From NCBI GenBank assembly GCA_019056805.1, contig DXJG01000009.1:60001-92000 (forward strand): 32,000 bases of DNA. Reading direction: 5' to 3'. Shown piece after piece: positions 15,635 through 25,958 of the stretch. The notes beneath the pieces are model-generated. The model searched no databases. It saw only the letters and a program-made list of their open reading frames with translations, and was not told where the DNA came from. This stretch comes from Candidatus Baldrarchaeota archaeon. Its GTDB lineage: Archaea > Asgardarchaeota > Baldrarchaeia > Baldrarchaeales > DXJG01. The translations under genes and the position numbers were made by a program. The number at the start of each line of letters is the position of its first letter. Within the stretch, counting starts at the first letter, position 1.

Positions 15635-16594
15635 ATGAAAAAAGTCTTGGTGGCCGATCCAATTCATCCAGATGGCATAAAAATGCTTAGAGATGCAGGC
15701 TTCGAAATTGTGGAAGAACCTGATATAAGTTATGAAGAGTTAAAAGAAAAAATAAAGGAATTTAACGTTTTAATTGTGAGAAGTAGAACTAAAGTTACTC
15801 GAGAAATTATCGAAGTAGCTGAAAAATTATCTATAATTGCAAGGGCTGGTGTAGGTTTAGATAACATTGATGTTAAAGCAGCACAAGAGAAGAACATTAC
15901 TGTAGTAAATGCACCAGAAGCTCCAACACATTCTGTAGCCGAACTTGTAATAGGACTTATGATAGCAGCTTCAAGGGGAATTTCAAGAGGTGATGCAGCG
16001 TTAAAAGAAGGAAAGTGGATAAAAAAGGAACTTTTAGGCAAGGAATTAAACGGTAAAATTCTTGGAATAATCGGTTTTGGTAGAATAGGGCAAGAAATAG
16101 CCAAACTTGCACTTGCATTTAACATGAAGGTTCTAGCATATGATGTGATTGAAAAATTAGCTAAAAAGGCAGAAGAATTGGGAGTAGAGTTTGTAGGCAC
16201 AACGAGAGAAGCCTTAAATAAACTTCTTAAAGAATCAGACGTTATAACTTTACATGTTCCTCTTTTACCAGCAACTCGTCATATGATCGGTAAGGAAGAA
16301 TTATCTATGATGAAAAAGAATGCATTACTCATAAATACATCAAGAGGCGGAATAATAGATGAAGAAGCGCTTTACGAAGCATTAAGACAAGGAAAAATTG
16401 CAGCTGCAGCTCTAGACGTATTTGAAAATGAACCACCAAATGGAATATCCCTAAAACTTGCACAACTACCAAATGTAGTCGCAACTCCTCACATCGGAGC
16501 ATCAACCGAAGAAGCTCAAAGAAGGGCTGCAACGATAATAGCACAAAAAATAATTAACCACTTTTCATCTAAAGAAGAACAATATTCAAATTAA
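15635..16594 (+). CDS. serA: D-3-phosphoglycerate dehydrogenase-like 2-hydroxyacid dehydrogenase (no ACT domain)
   Basis: RAGVGLDNID, GIIGFGRIG, LHVP, NTSRGG, LDVFENEP, TPHIGASTEEAQ. Confidence 0.85.
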   Translation: MKKVLVADPIHPDGIKMLRDAGFEIVEEPDISYEELKEKIKEFNVLIVRSRTKVTREIIEVAEKLSIIARAGVGLDNIDVKAAQEKNITVVNAPEAPTHSVAELVIGLMIAASRGISRGDAALKEGKWIKKELLGKELNGKILGIIGFGRIGQEIAKLALAFNMKVLAYDVIEKLAKKAEELGVEFVGTTREALNKLLKESDVITLHVPLLPATRHMIGKEELSMMKKNALLINTSRGGIIDEEALYEALRQGKIAAAALDVFENEPPNGISLKLAQLPNVVATPHIGASTEEAQRRAATIIAQKIINHFSSKEEQYSN

Positions 16595-16692
16595 GAAGAC
16601 TTAAAAGATAATTTATGTAGTAAACTTTAAGTTTAATAGTGTTTGTGCAACTTATCGAAACCTTTAATTAAGATTTTGTATTTGCTAGTGCG

Positions 16693-16746
16693 ACGGTGGC
16701 GGGAGTTTCCCACAGGGATGTACCCGTAGTTAAATGGGTGAACCGT
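16693..16746 (+). promoter_or_regulatory. Structured eL15 ribosomal-protein leader (three-way junction)
   Basis: P1 ACGGT(16693-97)/ACCGT(16742-46), P2 GGGA-GTT-TCCC(16701-11), P3 ACCCGT(16722-27)/ATGGGT(16734-39); GC-rich island in an AT-rich spacer, just before the GGAGGT SD. Confidence 0.7.
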
Positions 16747-16768
16747 AATCAACGACGGAGGTAAAAAA

Positions 16769-17359
16769 TTGGCGAAAGGAATGTATCATTACATTAGAGA
16801 GGCATGGAAAAAACCTGACGAATCATATGTAGATGAACTTCTACGTGAAAGACTTCAAAAATGGAGAAGAGAACCAACAGTAGTTAGAATAGAGAAACCT
16901 ACACGCATAGATAGAGCTAGAGCTCTAGGGTATAAAGCTAAGCAAGGTTTCGTTGTAGTTAGAGTTAAAGTTAGGCGAGGTTCCCTACGAAAATCTAGAC
17001 CTAGAATGGGTAGAAAACCTAAGAAAATGGGTACAGTAAAGATTACACCAGGGAAAAACTTACAGTGGATCGCTGAAGAACGTGCAGCCAGAAAATTTCC
17101 AAACCTAGAAGTTCTAAACAGCTACTGGGTAGGAGAAGACGGGAAACATAAATGGTTCGAAGTTATAATGGTTGACCCCCATCACCCAGCCGTTAAAAAC
17201 GACCCAGATGTCAATTGGATCTGTAACAGAGAACAAAGAGGAAGAGTTTTTAGAGGACTAACAGGGGCAGGCAAAAAAGCAAGAGGACTTAGAGGAAAAG
17301 GCAAAGGAAGAGAAAAAGTTAGGCCAAGTCTTAGGGCTAATGAAAGAAGAGGAAAGTAA
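16769..17359 (+). CDS. rpl15e: 50S ribosomal protein eL15
   Basis: [56 protein letters not shown] start with GGAGGT SD. Confidence 0.98.
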   Translation: MAKGMYHYIREAWKKPDESYVDELLRERLQKWRREPTVVRIEKPTRIDRARALGYKAKQGFVVVRVKVRRGSLRKSRPRMGRKPKKMGTVKITPGKNLQWIAEERAARKFPNLEVLNSYWVGEDGKHKWFEVIMVDPHHPAVKNDPDVNWICNREQRGRVFRGLTGAGKKARGLRGKGKGREKVRPSLRANERRGK

Positions 17360-17474
17360 TCTTAAAAGCCTTTAAGCTTCAGTCAATACAACTACTTTTA
17401 TATCTTACGCGTAAAGTTACTTTAGGAAAGAGAAAAGTAGCAATTAATATACTCGATTTTATTAGGTGATTTCG

Positions 17475-17930
17475 ATGAGCGCCATTAGAATTGTGTCTGT
17501 AGAAATTGAAACCTTTGCTCATGCAACTGAGGATCCCGAAAAAGTTCTTAAAAGCCTTAAATTTATTTTACCAGAAGAAATTCATGACGAAGTTAATATA
17601 AAACGGGGAGAACTTAAAGGTCATTATAAAAATCCAATAATATTTTTTCGAACATCCATAAGGAAAAAACGTTTAGTTGAGAAAGTAATTTTGCATCTAA
17701 TAAATCTTTTATCCGAAAAAGAGAAAAAACGAATAAAATCGTCTTTTGAAAAGAGATTAGATCCTTCGGGAAACTTATATTTACGCTTCGATAAACAGAA
17801 GGCTTACTTAGGTGAAGCAGCTTTGACAGAAGGTGGAGATGCAATACGTGTTAAAATAGCTTTCAGTTCCCACCCTTTGGAGTTAAATAAAATTTTAGAT
17901 TTCTGCGAAAAGATCAAACTGGTGGCATGA
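17475..17930 (+). CDS. DUF54 / COG1325 predicted RNA-binding protein of the exosome superoperon
   Basis: HATEDPEKV, GHYKNPI, LYLRFDKQKAY; conserved position after rpl15e. Confidence 0.88.
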   Translation: MSAIRIVSVEIETFAHATEDPEKVLKSLKFILPEEIHDEVNIKRGELKGHYKNPIIFFRTSIRKKRLVEKVILHLINLLSEKEKKRIKSSFEKRLDPSGNLYLRFDKQKAYLGEAALTEGGDAIRVKIAFSSHPLELNKILDFCEKIKLVA

Positions 17931-18691
17931 TAGTGAAAAAATACGTAGACATGTATGTAAACCAAACGGTTTTTCAACCCAAAGAACAAATAGACAAAAT
18001 TTTAGAAATTATATCAGAACTAGGATTCTCAGTTATTTGCGTCTCTCTCGACGTTAAAGATAGACGCTACATTTTTGAAGAAATAAAGAAAAAGGCAGAA
18101 AATTTCAACTTAGAATTGTATCGAAGAATAGATCTTTCACCTAAAAACGTTGAAGATTTGAAGAACAAATTACGTCAATTTCGTAGAAAATGCGAAATTT
18201 TATCAGTTAAGTGTGTAGAAAAAAAGATATGTACATGGGCAGCTCGAGACCGAAGAGTTGACATATTAAACTTTCCATCTTTTGAATATTTGAAAAATTT
18301 TACCGAATCAACAGCAAATTTAGCTGTTGAAGGAGAAACAGCTATTGAAATATGGTTTAAACAATTTCTAGGTGTAAGAGGAATAAAGAGAGCTAGGCTT
18401 ATTGCTGAGACAAGAAGAGTTGCAAAAATAGCTTTGGAAAAGGGAGTTAAGATAGTAATAGATAGTGGTGCAGGAAATATATTTGAAATGCGTGCTCCTC
18501 GAGAACTAGGTGCGTTGGGATATCTACTAGATATTCCTGAGAAGCACATGGAGCTAGCGATTTCAGAAACCCCTCTTAACATTATTAAGACAAATTTATG
18601 TAAATTGTCTCCGAATTTTGTTCTTCCAGGTGTTGAGATAGTTGATATGGAGGAAGAAAATTGGTTAAAAAAGAAAGAAACAGATACATAG
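17927..18691 (+). CDS. rnp3: RNase P protein Rpp30
   Basis: AARDRRVDIL, IVIDSGAGNIFEMRAPREL, AISETP; superoperon position. Confidence 0.9.
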   Translation: MIVKKYVDMYVNQTVFQPKEQIDKILEIISELGFSVICVSLDVKDRRYIFEEIKKKAENFNLELYRRIDLSPKNVEDLKNKLRQFRRKCEILSVKCVEKKICTWAARDRRVDILNFPSFEYLKNFTESTANLAVEGETAIEIWFKQFLGVRGIKRARLIAETRRVAKIALEKGVKIVIDSGAGNIFEMRAPRELGALGYLLDIPEKHMELAISETPLNIIKTNLCKLSPNFVLPGVEIVDMEEENWLKKKETDT

Positions 18692-18978
18692 TCTTTAAAC
18701 TGTATTCTAGTAATGATATCTCTAAAGAGAATTTAATTAAAGACATGTGGAGGAACTTGCTAACAATTTACGGCGAATATGGGGCAAGTAAAACAAATTT
18801 TTGGTTAATTGAATATGATGAGGAGACAAAAAAAGGCATAGTAAGATGCACGCATACAACAGTTAATATGATGCGCACGGTTTTAGCTCTTACAACTAAG
18901 ATAGCAGAAGCTCCAGTCATCGTAAAAATTTTAGGAGTCTCTGGTACAATAAAAACCGCAAAAGAAAAATTTTATTAA
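18661..18978 (+). CDS. rnp2: RNase P protein Pop5/Rpp14
   Basis: ERNRYIVF, YGEYG, GIVRCTH, ILGVSGTIKTA. Confidence 0.92.
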   Translation: MVKKERNRYIVFKLYSSNDISKENLIKDMWRNLLTIYGEYGASKTNFWLIEYDEETKKGIVRCTHTTVNMMRTVLALTTKIAEAPVIVKILGVSGTIKTAKEKFY

Positions 18979-19109
18979 ATTTCAATAATGAACCATTATA
19001 GCTTAATGGTTAAAGAGAAATTAAAAACAGCTCAGAATTTACTTAATTTTGAAATAAAGAATTATTAGTCATACCAAAAACCTTAAAGCCACATAAAATA
19101 TCTAAGTTT

Positions 19110-19174
19110 TGGAGATGATGACGCCGTCCCAGACAGAGTTGCTGCAATGATGAGCTCGCGACGATCGTGATCCA
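19110..19174 (+). ncRNA. Box C/D sRNA (2'-O-methylation guide)
   Basis: C box ATGATGA 19115-21, 12-nt guide, D' CAGA 19134-37, C' ATGATGA 19147-53, 13-nt guide, degenerate D GTGA 19167-70, terminal stem TGGA/TCCA. Both guides are complementary to conserved 23S domain V sequences as recalled from known rRNAs. Confidence 0.8.
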
Positions 19175-19205
19175 CTATATTCTAATTCAAATTCAGAGCA
19201 ATAAC

Positions 19206-19628
19206 TCATTCTTCTACGATTTCTACAGGTTGTATTTTTCCCTCAAACAGCTGCCAAGCTGAAACTTCATAATGTTCTTTATTTCTTATTCCAATTATTA
19301 GCCATACGATTGGATTTAATTTCATATATTCAATATCTATCGCTGATGGTTGGGAAGACGATGGATGTGAATGAAATATTCCGATAATCTCTTCTCCTCT
19401 TTTTTCTGCTTCCATATAAGTTTCATAAAGAGTTAGAGGATCTATTGTAAAAAGAATAGGAGATTCGGATACATTGGGTGTAAACTTTATTTTTTTAACT
19501 ATTGCTGTCTTATTTTCAATTTTTCCGATTAATAATCCACAAATTTCTATACCTAAGTTTTTTATAGATTCTTCAATTATCTTTCTCAAATCTTTCTTAG
19601 AAATCTTTATTTTCTCGATTATTTGCAT
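19206..19628 (-). CDS. JAMM/MPN+ (Mov34) metalloprotease, desampylase/deubiquitinase-like
   Basis: EICGLLIG ... IFHSHPSSSQPSAID zinc-binding motif. Confidence 0.9.
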   Translation of the reverse strand: MQIIEKIKISKKDLRKIIEESIKNLGIEICGLLIGKIENKTAIVKKIKFTPNVSESPILFTIDPLTLYETYMEAEKRGEEIIGIFHSHPSSSQPSAIDIEYMKLNPIVWLIIGIRNKEHYEVSAWQLFEGKIQPVEIVEE

Positions 19629-19633
19629 AATTT

Positions 19634-20071
19634 TTACTCCTGAAGAAGGTCTTTAAGAATCAAGTAAGTTTCTATATTCCTTGTTTCTCCCAAAATTTCC
19701 AATTTTTCCTCTAAAAATTTGCTTAAAGCATTTAAATCTTCAACATTAATTTTCAGTAAAATAACTGTTCGACCTGCTAGAAAATATGCTTCAGAAACCT
19801 CTTCCATTTCTCTTAGTTTTTCAACTAATTTACTGGTTTCTTTAACATCCACTGGTATGCTGACAAAGGCTTGAATACTTTTCCCGATTTTGGCAGGATC
19901 TATCACAACCGTAAATCTTCTTATCACTCCCTCCTTGATTAGTTTTCTAACTCGTCTTCTAACCGTAACTTCGGTTCTCCCGATTTCTTCGGCAATTTTT
20001 CGATAACTTATTCTTCCATCCTTTTTTAGCAGTTCTATAATCTTTTTGTCTATTTTATCTATCTTTACCAA
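19634..20071 (-). CDS. Lrp/AsnC family transcriptional regulator
   Basis: IDKKIIELLKKDGRISYRKIAEEIG..EVTVRRRVRKLIKEGVIRRF HTH plus C-terminal RAM domain. TTG 20071 follows a GGTGA SD (track start 20107). Confidence 0.93.
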   Translation of the reverse strand: MVKIDKIDKKIIELLKKDGRISYRKIAEEIGRTEVTVRRRVRKLIKEGVIRRFTVVIDPAKIGKSIQAFVSIPVDVKETSKLVEKLREMEEVSEAYFLAGRTVILLKINVEDLNALSKFLEEKLEILGETRNIETYLILKDLLQE

Positions 20072-20203
20072 CCCTCTCACCAATACAACTTTATAATATG
20101 AACTCACAAAGGTTCCTATGTAACAATTATGTGATAAGCGAAAAATTAATTTTGCATCTTAATAGGTTTGTCATACATCAATTTATTTGGATAGGTGTTA
20201 GGG

Positions 20204-20608
20204 ATGAGTCGTAGAGGTCTTGTATATAGTAGTGAAAGAAGTGAGCTTTTAAGAACATTAATTATCTCGATAGTTTTAGTTGTAGTGTTTCTAGCCTTTA
20301 TATTTGGGTTTTGGGGTGAAATATACCCATTTAGTGATGTTGCGGAGTTTATCTCTAATATAAACCCCATCTTGCTAGATGCATCAGAGGTTATATTACT
20401 CATACTGACATATGCATTTTCTTTAATCTTCGTAGCGATGATAAGGGAGTGGACAAGAGAGGTTGCAGGGTGGGTAGAGGTGATTGGATTAGGAATTATA
20501 GTAGTAACTTTGGCGGGGGTCTTGTTTTCATGGATACACGCGCTAACTACGTTTGCAGGGTGTGCATTGTTTGTAACTTATTTGTATTTCATTCAAAAAG
20601 AGGAATAA
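20204..20608 (+). CDS. Orphan small membrane protein (about 4 TM segments)
   Basis: Four hydrophobic stretches, AGGTG SD, clean stop; family not recognised. Confidence 0.7.
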   Translation: MSRRGLVYSSERSELLRTLIISIVLVVVFLAFIFGFWGEIYPFSDVAEFISNINPILLDASEVILLILTYAFSLIFVAMIREWTREVAGWVEVIGLGIIVVTLAGVLFSWIHALTTFAGCALFVTYLYFIQKEE

Positions 20609-20733
20609 CATAAAATTTATAACCTTCAGAATGTAAATCGGTTAAGCTATTAATCAATCTCTTATATCAAGTTTTAACCTAAGTCAATAACTTTTTACTT
20701 TCTTAAGATCAACATTATATGGGGGACAAATTC

Positions 20734-21444
20734 ATGTTCACACCCGGGTTTGGCTATGATCGTGCTATAACTATATTCAGTCCTGACGGCAGATTATTCC
20801 AAGTTGAATACGCTTTGGAAGCTGTAAAACGCGGCACAACAGCTGTTGGCGTAAGATGCCCTGAAGGAGTAGTTCTAGCTGTAGAGAAGAGAGTAGTACC
20901 ATTACAAGAGTCCGTTGAAAAAATTTATATCATCGATGACCATATTGGAACCGCAATTGCTGGATTAACTTCAGATGCCAGAATTTTGGTAGCTGAGGCT
21001 AGACTTCAAGCACAAATTAATAAATTAAATTATGATACTCCAATATCTGTTGAAATTTTAACTAAAAGAATTGGGGATTTAAAGCAGTTATATACTCAAC
21101 ATGCTGGAGTAAGACCCTTTGGAGTATCGCTTTTAATCGCAGGTGTAGATGACTATGGTTCACATCTATTTGTCACAGATCCTTCTGGGACATATTGGGG
21201 TTATAAGGCAACAGCAATCGGGGCAGGAGCTTCTTCAGCCATGGAAATACTTGAAAAAGAATATCGTGATGATTTAGACATAAATTCAGCTATTTTATTG
21301 GCGTTAAAGTCTTTAAAAAATGCAATGGGAAGTGAATTTGATTCTAAAAAAGTAGAGGTTGCCGTAGCCCTTATGAAAACCAAAAAGTTCGAAAAACTTC
21401 CAGCAGAGGAAGTTGAAAATTTCATTCAAAAACTTAAGGAATAA
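20734..21444 (+). CDS. psmA: Proteasome alpha subunit
   Basis: [44 protein letters not shown]. Start 20719 or 20734. Confidence 0.98.
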   Translation: MFTPGFGYDRAITIFSPDGRLFQVEYALEAVKRGTTAVGVRCPEGVVLAVEKRVVPLQESVEKIYIIDDHIGTAIAGLTSDARILVAEARLQAQINKLNYDTPISVEILTKRIGDLKQLYTQHAGVRPFGVSLLIAGVDDYGSHLFVTDPSGTYWGYKATAIGAGASSAMEILEKEYRDDLDINSAILLALKSLKNAMGSEFDSKKVEVAVALMKTKKFEKLPAEEVENFIQKLKE

Positions 21445-21457
21445 GGATGGTGTATCC

Positions 21458-22189
21458 TTGAGCGATATTAGAGGTGAGAAATGGGTTAGACTTGAAAAGG
21501 CTGTCATTGCAAGACTTGAAACTCACGGAACACGGTTTGAAGTTGTTGTTGACCCTGATAAAGCATGGGAGTTCAAACAAGGTAAAGATGTGGATATCAG
21601 GGAAATATTAAAGGGCTACATGGTTTTTGAAGATTTAAAACATGGGAAAAAGGCATCTGAAGAAAAGCTGATTGAAGCTTTCGGGACAGATGATATATTT
21701 GAAGTTGCAAAGATTATTATTAAGAAGGGACAGCTTCAGCTAACTGCTGAGCAACGTAGAAAAATGATTGAGGAGAAAAAGAAACGAATAATCGACCTTA
21801 TTTCAAAGTACTGTATCAATCCTCAAACAGGGCTTCCACACCCTCCTGCAAGAATTGAAAAGGCTTTAGAAGAAGCTAAGGCTGCAATAGATCCATTTAA
21901 AGATCCTGAAACCCAACTCAAGGATATTGTCAAAGCATTGCAGCCAATTATACCTATTAGAATGGAAATGGTGACTCTTAAAATTAGGGTCCCAGCTGTG
22001 TTTACAGGAAAAGTTTATGGCTTGATATTGAGTGCTGGCAACCTACTTGAGGAAAAATGGTTGTCAGACGGGTCACTTGAAGCTCAGGTAGAGCTTCCAG
22101 CAGGAGTAAAAGTAGATTTTCTAGAAAAATTGAATAAAATTACAAAAGGCCAAACGAGAGTTGAAGTCGTTAAAAGTCCTGGTGGGTGA
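21458..22189 (+). CDS. sdo1: SBDS/Sdo1 ribosome maturation factor
   Basis: [47 protein letters not shown] 21458 preferred (track start 21413). Confidence 0.95.
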   Translation: MSDIRGEKWVRLEKAVIARLETHGTRFEVVVDPDKAWEFKQGKDVDIREILKGYMVFEDLKHGKKASEEKLIEAFGTDDIFEVAKIIIKKGQLQLTAEQRRKMIEEKKKRIIDLISKYCINPQTGLPHPPARIEKALEEAKAAIDPFKDPETQLKDIVKALQPIIPIRMEMVTLKIRVPAVFTGKVYGLILSAGNLLEEKWLSDGSLEAQVELPAGVKVDFLEKLNKITKGQTRVEVVKSPGG

Positions 22190-22193
22190 TAAA

Positions 22194-22892
22194 ATGCCAA
22201 TATATTTTCAAAGTAAAGATATAGTTTTGCCCGGAGATCTCTTAGCTGAGGGAGATTATAAAGCAGGTACGGGCACATTTAAAGAGGATTCAAAAATATA
22301 TTCCGCAGTTATTGGATTATTTGAAATTCGAGGGAAAATACTTCGAGTAATCTCTCTTGAGGGTACCTATATTCCAAGACCTAATGATGTTGTAATTGGG
22401 AAAATTGTTGACGTATCGGCGACAAATTGGAAGGTAGAAATAAGAGCGCCATATCTCGCAAATCTACCCGCTGCAAATTACTTTGATAAACCAATAGATC
22501 CCTTAAAAAGCGACATTAGACGTTATTTAAATGTAGGTGATATAATTGTAGCAAAGGTAGTATCATTTAATAGAGCTCAAGACCCTCTTTTAACTACAAA
22601 AGAAAGGGGTCTTGGAAAACTTAGAGGTGGGAGAATAATAGAAATGTCACCTACAAAAATCCCGAGGCTCATTGGACGTAAAGGATCGATGGTAAATATG
22701 ATCAAAGAAGAAACTGGGTGTAGAATAACAGTTGGTCAAAATGGAAGAGTATGGGTTTCATGTAAAACCCCTGAATATGAAGAATTAATTGAGAAAGTTA
22801 TTAGAAAAATCGAACTAGAAGCACATACATCTGGACTTACAGATAGAGTAAGAGAACTTATAAGAAAAGAAAAGGAGAGGTTGAAAAAATGA
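22194..22892 (+). CDS. rrp4: Exosome RNA-binding subunit Rrp4
   Basis: [18 protein letters not shown] (S1), [12 protein letters not shown] and GQNGRVW (KH). Confidence 0.96.
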   Translation: MPIYFQSKDIVLPGDLLAEGDYKAGTGTFKEDSKIYSAVIGLFEIRGKILRVISLEGTYIPRPNDVVIGKIVDVSATNWKVEIRAPYLANLPAANYFDKPIDPLKSDIRRYLNVGDIIVAKVVSFNRAQDPLLTTKERGLGKLRGGRIIEMSPTKIPRLIGRKGSMVNMIKEETGCRITVGQNGRVWVSCKTPEYEELIEKVIRKIELEAHTSGLTDRVRELIRKEKERLKK

Positions 22893-23665
22893 AGTTCATT
22901 AAGCATGAAATACCTCAAAAATTAATTACTGAAGATGGTTTAAGGACGGATGGAAGAAGATTTCACGAGCTTAGACCAATAAAATTAGAAGTTGGTATCT
23001 TGAAAAGAGCTGATGGATCAGCCTATATAGAACAAGGCAGAAATAAAATAATGGTTGCTGTATATGGTCCAAGAGAACTACATCCGAGACATTTAGCTTT
23101 ACCAGATAAAGCACTCTTAAGATGTTTTTATAGGATGGCTTCTTTCTCTGTAGAGGATAGAAAAAGTCCAGCTCCAAGCAGAAGAGAAATAGAATTATCA
23201 AAAGTTATTAGGGAAGCATTAGAGCCTGCTATATTCCTAGAAAGGTTCCCAAAAACTGCAATTGATGTTTTTATAGAAGTGCTTCAAGCAGACGGAGGAA
23301 CACGATGCGCCAGCATAACATCTGCAGCCCTTGCCTTAGCTGATGCAGGAATACCCATGAGGGATCTTGTATCAGCTGTAGCGGTTGGAAAAGTTGATGG
23401 ACATATAGTGTTGGACATAAACGATTTAGAAGATAAATATGGCGAAGGTGATATGCCGACCGCTATGATGCCTAGAAAGAAAGAAGTTACACTTATTCAA
23501 CTTGACGGGCAATGGTCAATCGAAGAATTTAAACAAGGATTTGAACTTGCATTAAAAGGTTGTGAACAAATATATCAACTTCAAAGAGAAGCTCTAAAGA
23601 AGCGATATATTGAAATAAGAGAACAAGCAGCCAAGGAGATGGGTGAAAATGCAGAAAATACATAA
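22889..23665 (+). CDS. rrp41: Exosome catalytic subunit Rrp41
   Basis: [44 protein letters not shown]. Confidence 0.97.
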   Translation: MKFIKHEIPQKLITEDGLRTDGRRFHELRPIKLEVGILKRADGSAYIEQGRNKIMVAVYGPRELHPRHLALPDKALLRCFYRMASFSVEDRKSPAPSRREIELSKVIREALEPAIFLERFPKTAIDVFIEVLQADGGTRCASITSAALALADAGIPMRDLVSAVAVGKVDGHIVLDINDLEDKYGEGDMPTAMMPRKKEVTLIQLDGQWSIEEFKQGFELALKGCEQIYQLQREALKKRYIEIREQAAKEMGENAENT

Positions 23666-24464
23666 AATAGCATCGGAGATAGAAAAAGATAGCATAATAT
23701 CCCTTGCTGAAAAGGGCAAAAGATTAGATGGAAGAGGGCTAGAAGACTTCAGAGAGGTTACAATTGAAGCCGGAGTAATAGAAAAAGCAGAGGGATCTGC
23801 GTATGTAACCCTAGGTGATACAAAAATAATGGCTGGAGTCAAATTAGAAATCGGAGAACCATTTCCGGATACTCCTGACAAAGGGGTATTCACGGTTAAT
23901 GCTGAATTCGTTCCACTTGCGTCACCAGTTTTCGAACCCGGACCACCTGATGAAGATGCTATTGAACTTGCTAGGGTAATTGATAGAGGTATAAGAGAAA
24001 GTGAAGCAATAGACCTAGAAAAATTATGTATAATTCCAGGAGAGAAGGTTTGGATCGCTTTTATAGACATATATATTCTTGATCATGCTGGAAATTTATT
24101 CGACGCCTCAACACTTGGCAGTATAACCGCCCTTTTAAATACAAAAATGCCTGAAGTAAAAGTGGAAAACGGAGAAGTAAAAATATTAGATAAACTGGTT
24201 TCATTCCCTATTAGAAAAATACCAGTATCAGTAACGTTTGCTAAAATAAACGATAAACTTGTTGTGGATCCATGTATTGAAGAAGAACATGTAATGAATG
24301 CTAGACTCACCATAACGATGGATGAAAACGATAATATTGTAGCGATGCAAAAAGGCGGGGCAGGAACATTAAAAACAGAAGATATATACAAAGCTATCGA
24401 AATAGCCAAAGTAAAAACCAAAGAACTCCGCGAGAAAATACCGAGAGGTGTTTCTAATGGGTAG
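23643..24464 (+). CDS. rrp42: Exosome subunit Rrp42
   Basis: [55 protein letters not shown]. Confidence 0.97.
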   Translation: MKMQKIHKIASEIEKDSIISLAEKGKRLDGRGLEDFREVTIEAGVIEKAEGSAYVTLGDTKIMAGVKLEIGEPFPDTPDKGVFTVNAEFVPLASPVFEPGPPDEDAIELARVIDRGIRESEAIDLEKLCIIPGEKVWIAFIDIYILDHAGNLFDASTLGSITALLNTKMPEVKVENGEVKILDKLVSFPIRKIPVSVTFAKINDKLVVDPCIEEEHVMNARLTITMDENDNIVAMQKGGAGTLKTEDIYKAIEIAKVKTKELREKIPRGVSNG

Positions 24465-24714
24465 AACAAAGAAAGTTGGAATAGCAGGAAGATTTGGCCC
24501 AAGATACGGGTCAACCATAAGAAAAAGGGTAAGAGAAATAGAAGAACGAATGAAACAACCACATAAATGTCCAAAATGTGGAACTAGGGCTGTTAAACGA
24601 ATAAGCGTTGGAGTATGGCAATGTAGGAAATGCGACTTCACTTTCACTGGAGGAGCTTATGTACCAGTAACAGGAACAGGAAAAGCAGTAGCACGTGCCG
24701 CACAAAAGAAGTAG
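24457..24714 (+). CDS. rpl37ae: 50S ribosomal protein eL43 (L37Ae)
   Basis: [34 protein letters not shown]. Confidence 0.98.
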   Translation: MGRTKKVGIAGRFGPRYGSTIRKRVREIEERMKQPHKCPKCGTRAVKRISVGVWQCRKCDFTFTGGAYVPVTGTGKAVARAAQKK

Positions 24715-24721
24715 TAGCAAA

Positions 24722-25318
24722 ATGTCAGTCCTTATAACCACATCACGTAGACCCACCAGAAGAACCCGTTCTCTTTGTAACGATTTAGCAAAAGTGATAC
24801 CTGGCGCAATTAAAGTAAATAGAGGCAAAATGAGCATTAAAGACGTGGCCGCTAAAACTCTCGAACTAAACGCAAATGTAGCAATAATAGTAAGTGTGTA
24901 CAGAGGGAACCCTGGGAAAATATGGTTTTTACATGTTACCGAAAACTCTTATCAATGGATTCCACCAGACATACTTCTTGCGGGTGTAAAACTACAAAGA
25001 GAATTTGGTCGAATCAAAATTCCAACACCCCATAAACTTGCCATAATGGTTTCCAAAGAGGCAGAGGAGGAACAGAAAAAACTAGCAGAAGCATTATCCA
25101 AAATACTTGAAAGCCCCCTAATATATGGTTCACCAAATCGAAAAAACAACTTAACGAAATACCAAACCAAAGGCTTCGATATCATACTTTATATCGATCA
25201 TGATCCACAATTTAAAGCAGCTCTAAAATTTATACAAACTGAAAATACTAGGGAGATAGGACCGCGTATCCGTATTAAAAAGATGTTTTGGCAAATAAAA
25301 AGGGTGTTTGAAACTTGA
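24722..25318 (+). CDS. Brix-domain (IMP4-like) ribosome biogenesis protein
   Basis: LITTSRRPTRRTRSLCNDL, KVNRGKMS, GNPGKI, EIGPRIRI. Confidence 0.9.
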   Translation: MSVLITTSRRPTRRTRSLCNDLAKVIPGAIKVNRGKMSIKDVAAKTLELNANVAIIVSVYRGNPGKIWFLHVTENSYQWIPPDILLAGVKLQREFGRIKIPTPHKLAIMVSKEAEEEQKKLAEALSKILESPLIYGSPNRKNNLTKYQTKGFDIILYIDHDPQFKAALKFIQTENTREIGPRIRIKKMFWQIKRVFET

Positions 25319-25596
25319 AATACGTTTCAAACGAGGCAACTTTAGAAGTAGACTTTAAAGAAGAAAAGTATGCACAAATAGCTTTCCAAGTAATTTCGCA
25401 AGAAACTTGCAATTTAGTTAGCCCAAGAAGTAAAAGTTCATTAAAAATAGAAAACAGAAAAATAAAATTAGACGTTTGGGCAAAAGACCTTACGTCCTTA
25501 AGAGCTACCCTTAACTCATATTTAAAATGGATCCTTATAATAAAAAACATGTTCCAAATAATAGAAACAGAAAAAGACAAGGAGGAAGATAAATGA
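25315..25596 (+). CDS. pcc1: KEOPS complex subunit Pcc1
   Basis: PRSKSSL, I.AKDLTSLRATLNSYLKW; superoperon position. Confidence 0.88.
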   Translation: MKYVSNEATLEVDFKEEKYAQIAFQVISQETCNLVSPRSKSSLKIENRKIKLDVWAKDLTSLRATLNSYLKWILIIKNMFQIIETEKDKEEDK

Positions 25597-25958
25597 CAGA
25601 AGAATTACCTCCACAATTGCAACACCAAATTTTACAACTACAACAAGTCCAACAACAACTTGAACTCCTTACCGTTAGACGAAGACAACTTGAAGGAGAA
25701 CTAAAAGAAACAGAAAGAGCAATTACAGAATTAGAAAAACTAGAATCCGATACTACCGTATACAAGTTCATAGGAGCAATTCTGGCACAGGTAGATAAGA
25801 ATAAACTTGTTGAGGAATTAAAAGACAAAAAAGAAACATTAGAAATGCAAATAAAAGTAGTACAAAGACAAGAAGAAAGAACAAGAAACCAGTTAAAAGA
25901 GCTTAGAAACAAAATTCAACAAGCCTTAGCCAAGCGAGGATCAAAAATTGCAGAATAA
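25593..25958 (+). CDS. pfdB: Prefoldin beta subunit
   Basis: ELPPQLQ, two coiled coils flanking VYKFIGAIL. Confidence 0.95.
   Translation: MTEELPPQLQHQILQLQQVQQQLELLTVRRRQLEGELKETERAITELEKLESDTTVYKFIGAILAQVDKNKLVEELKDKKETLEMQIKVVQRQEERTRNQLKELRNKIQQALAKRGSKIAE

Noticed and set aside
16621-17450. AT-rich palindromes TAAACTT-T-AAGTTTA (16621-16635) and TAAAGT-T-ACTTTA (about 17413-17425)
   Set aside because: Expected by chance in very AT-rich spacers, and they do not share spacing.
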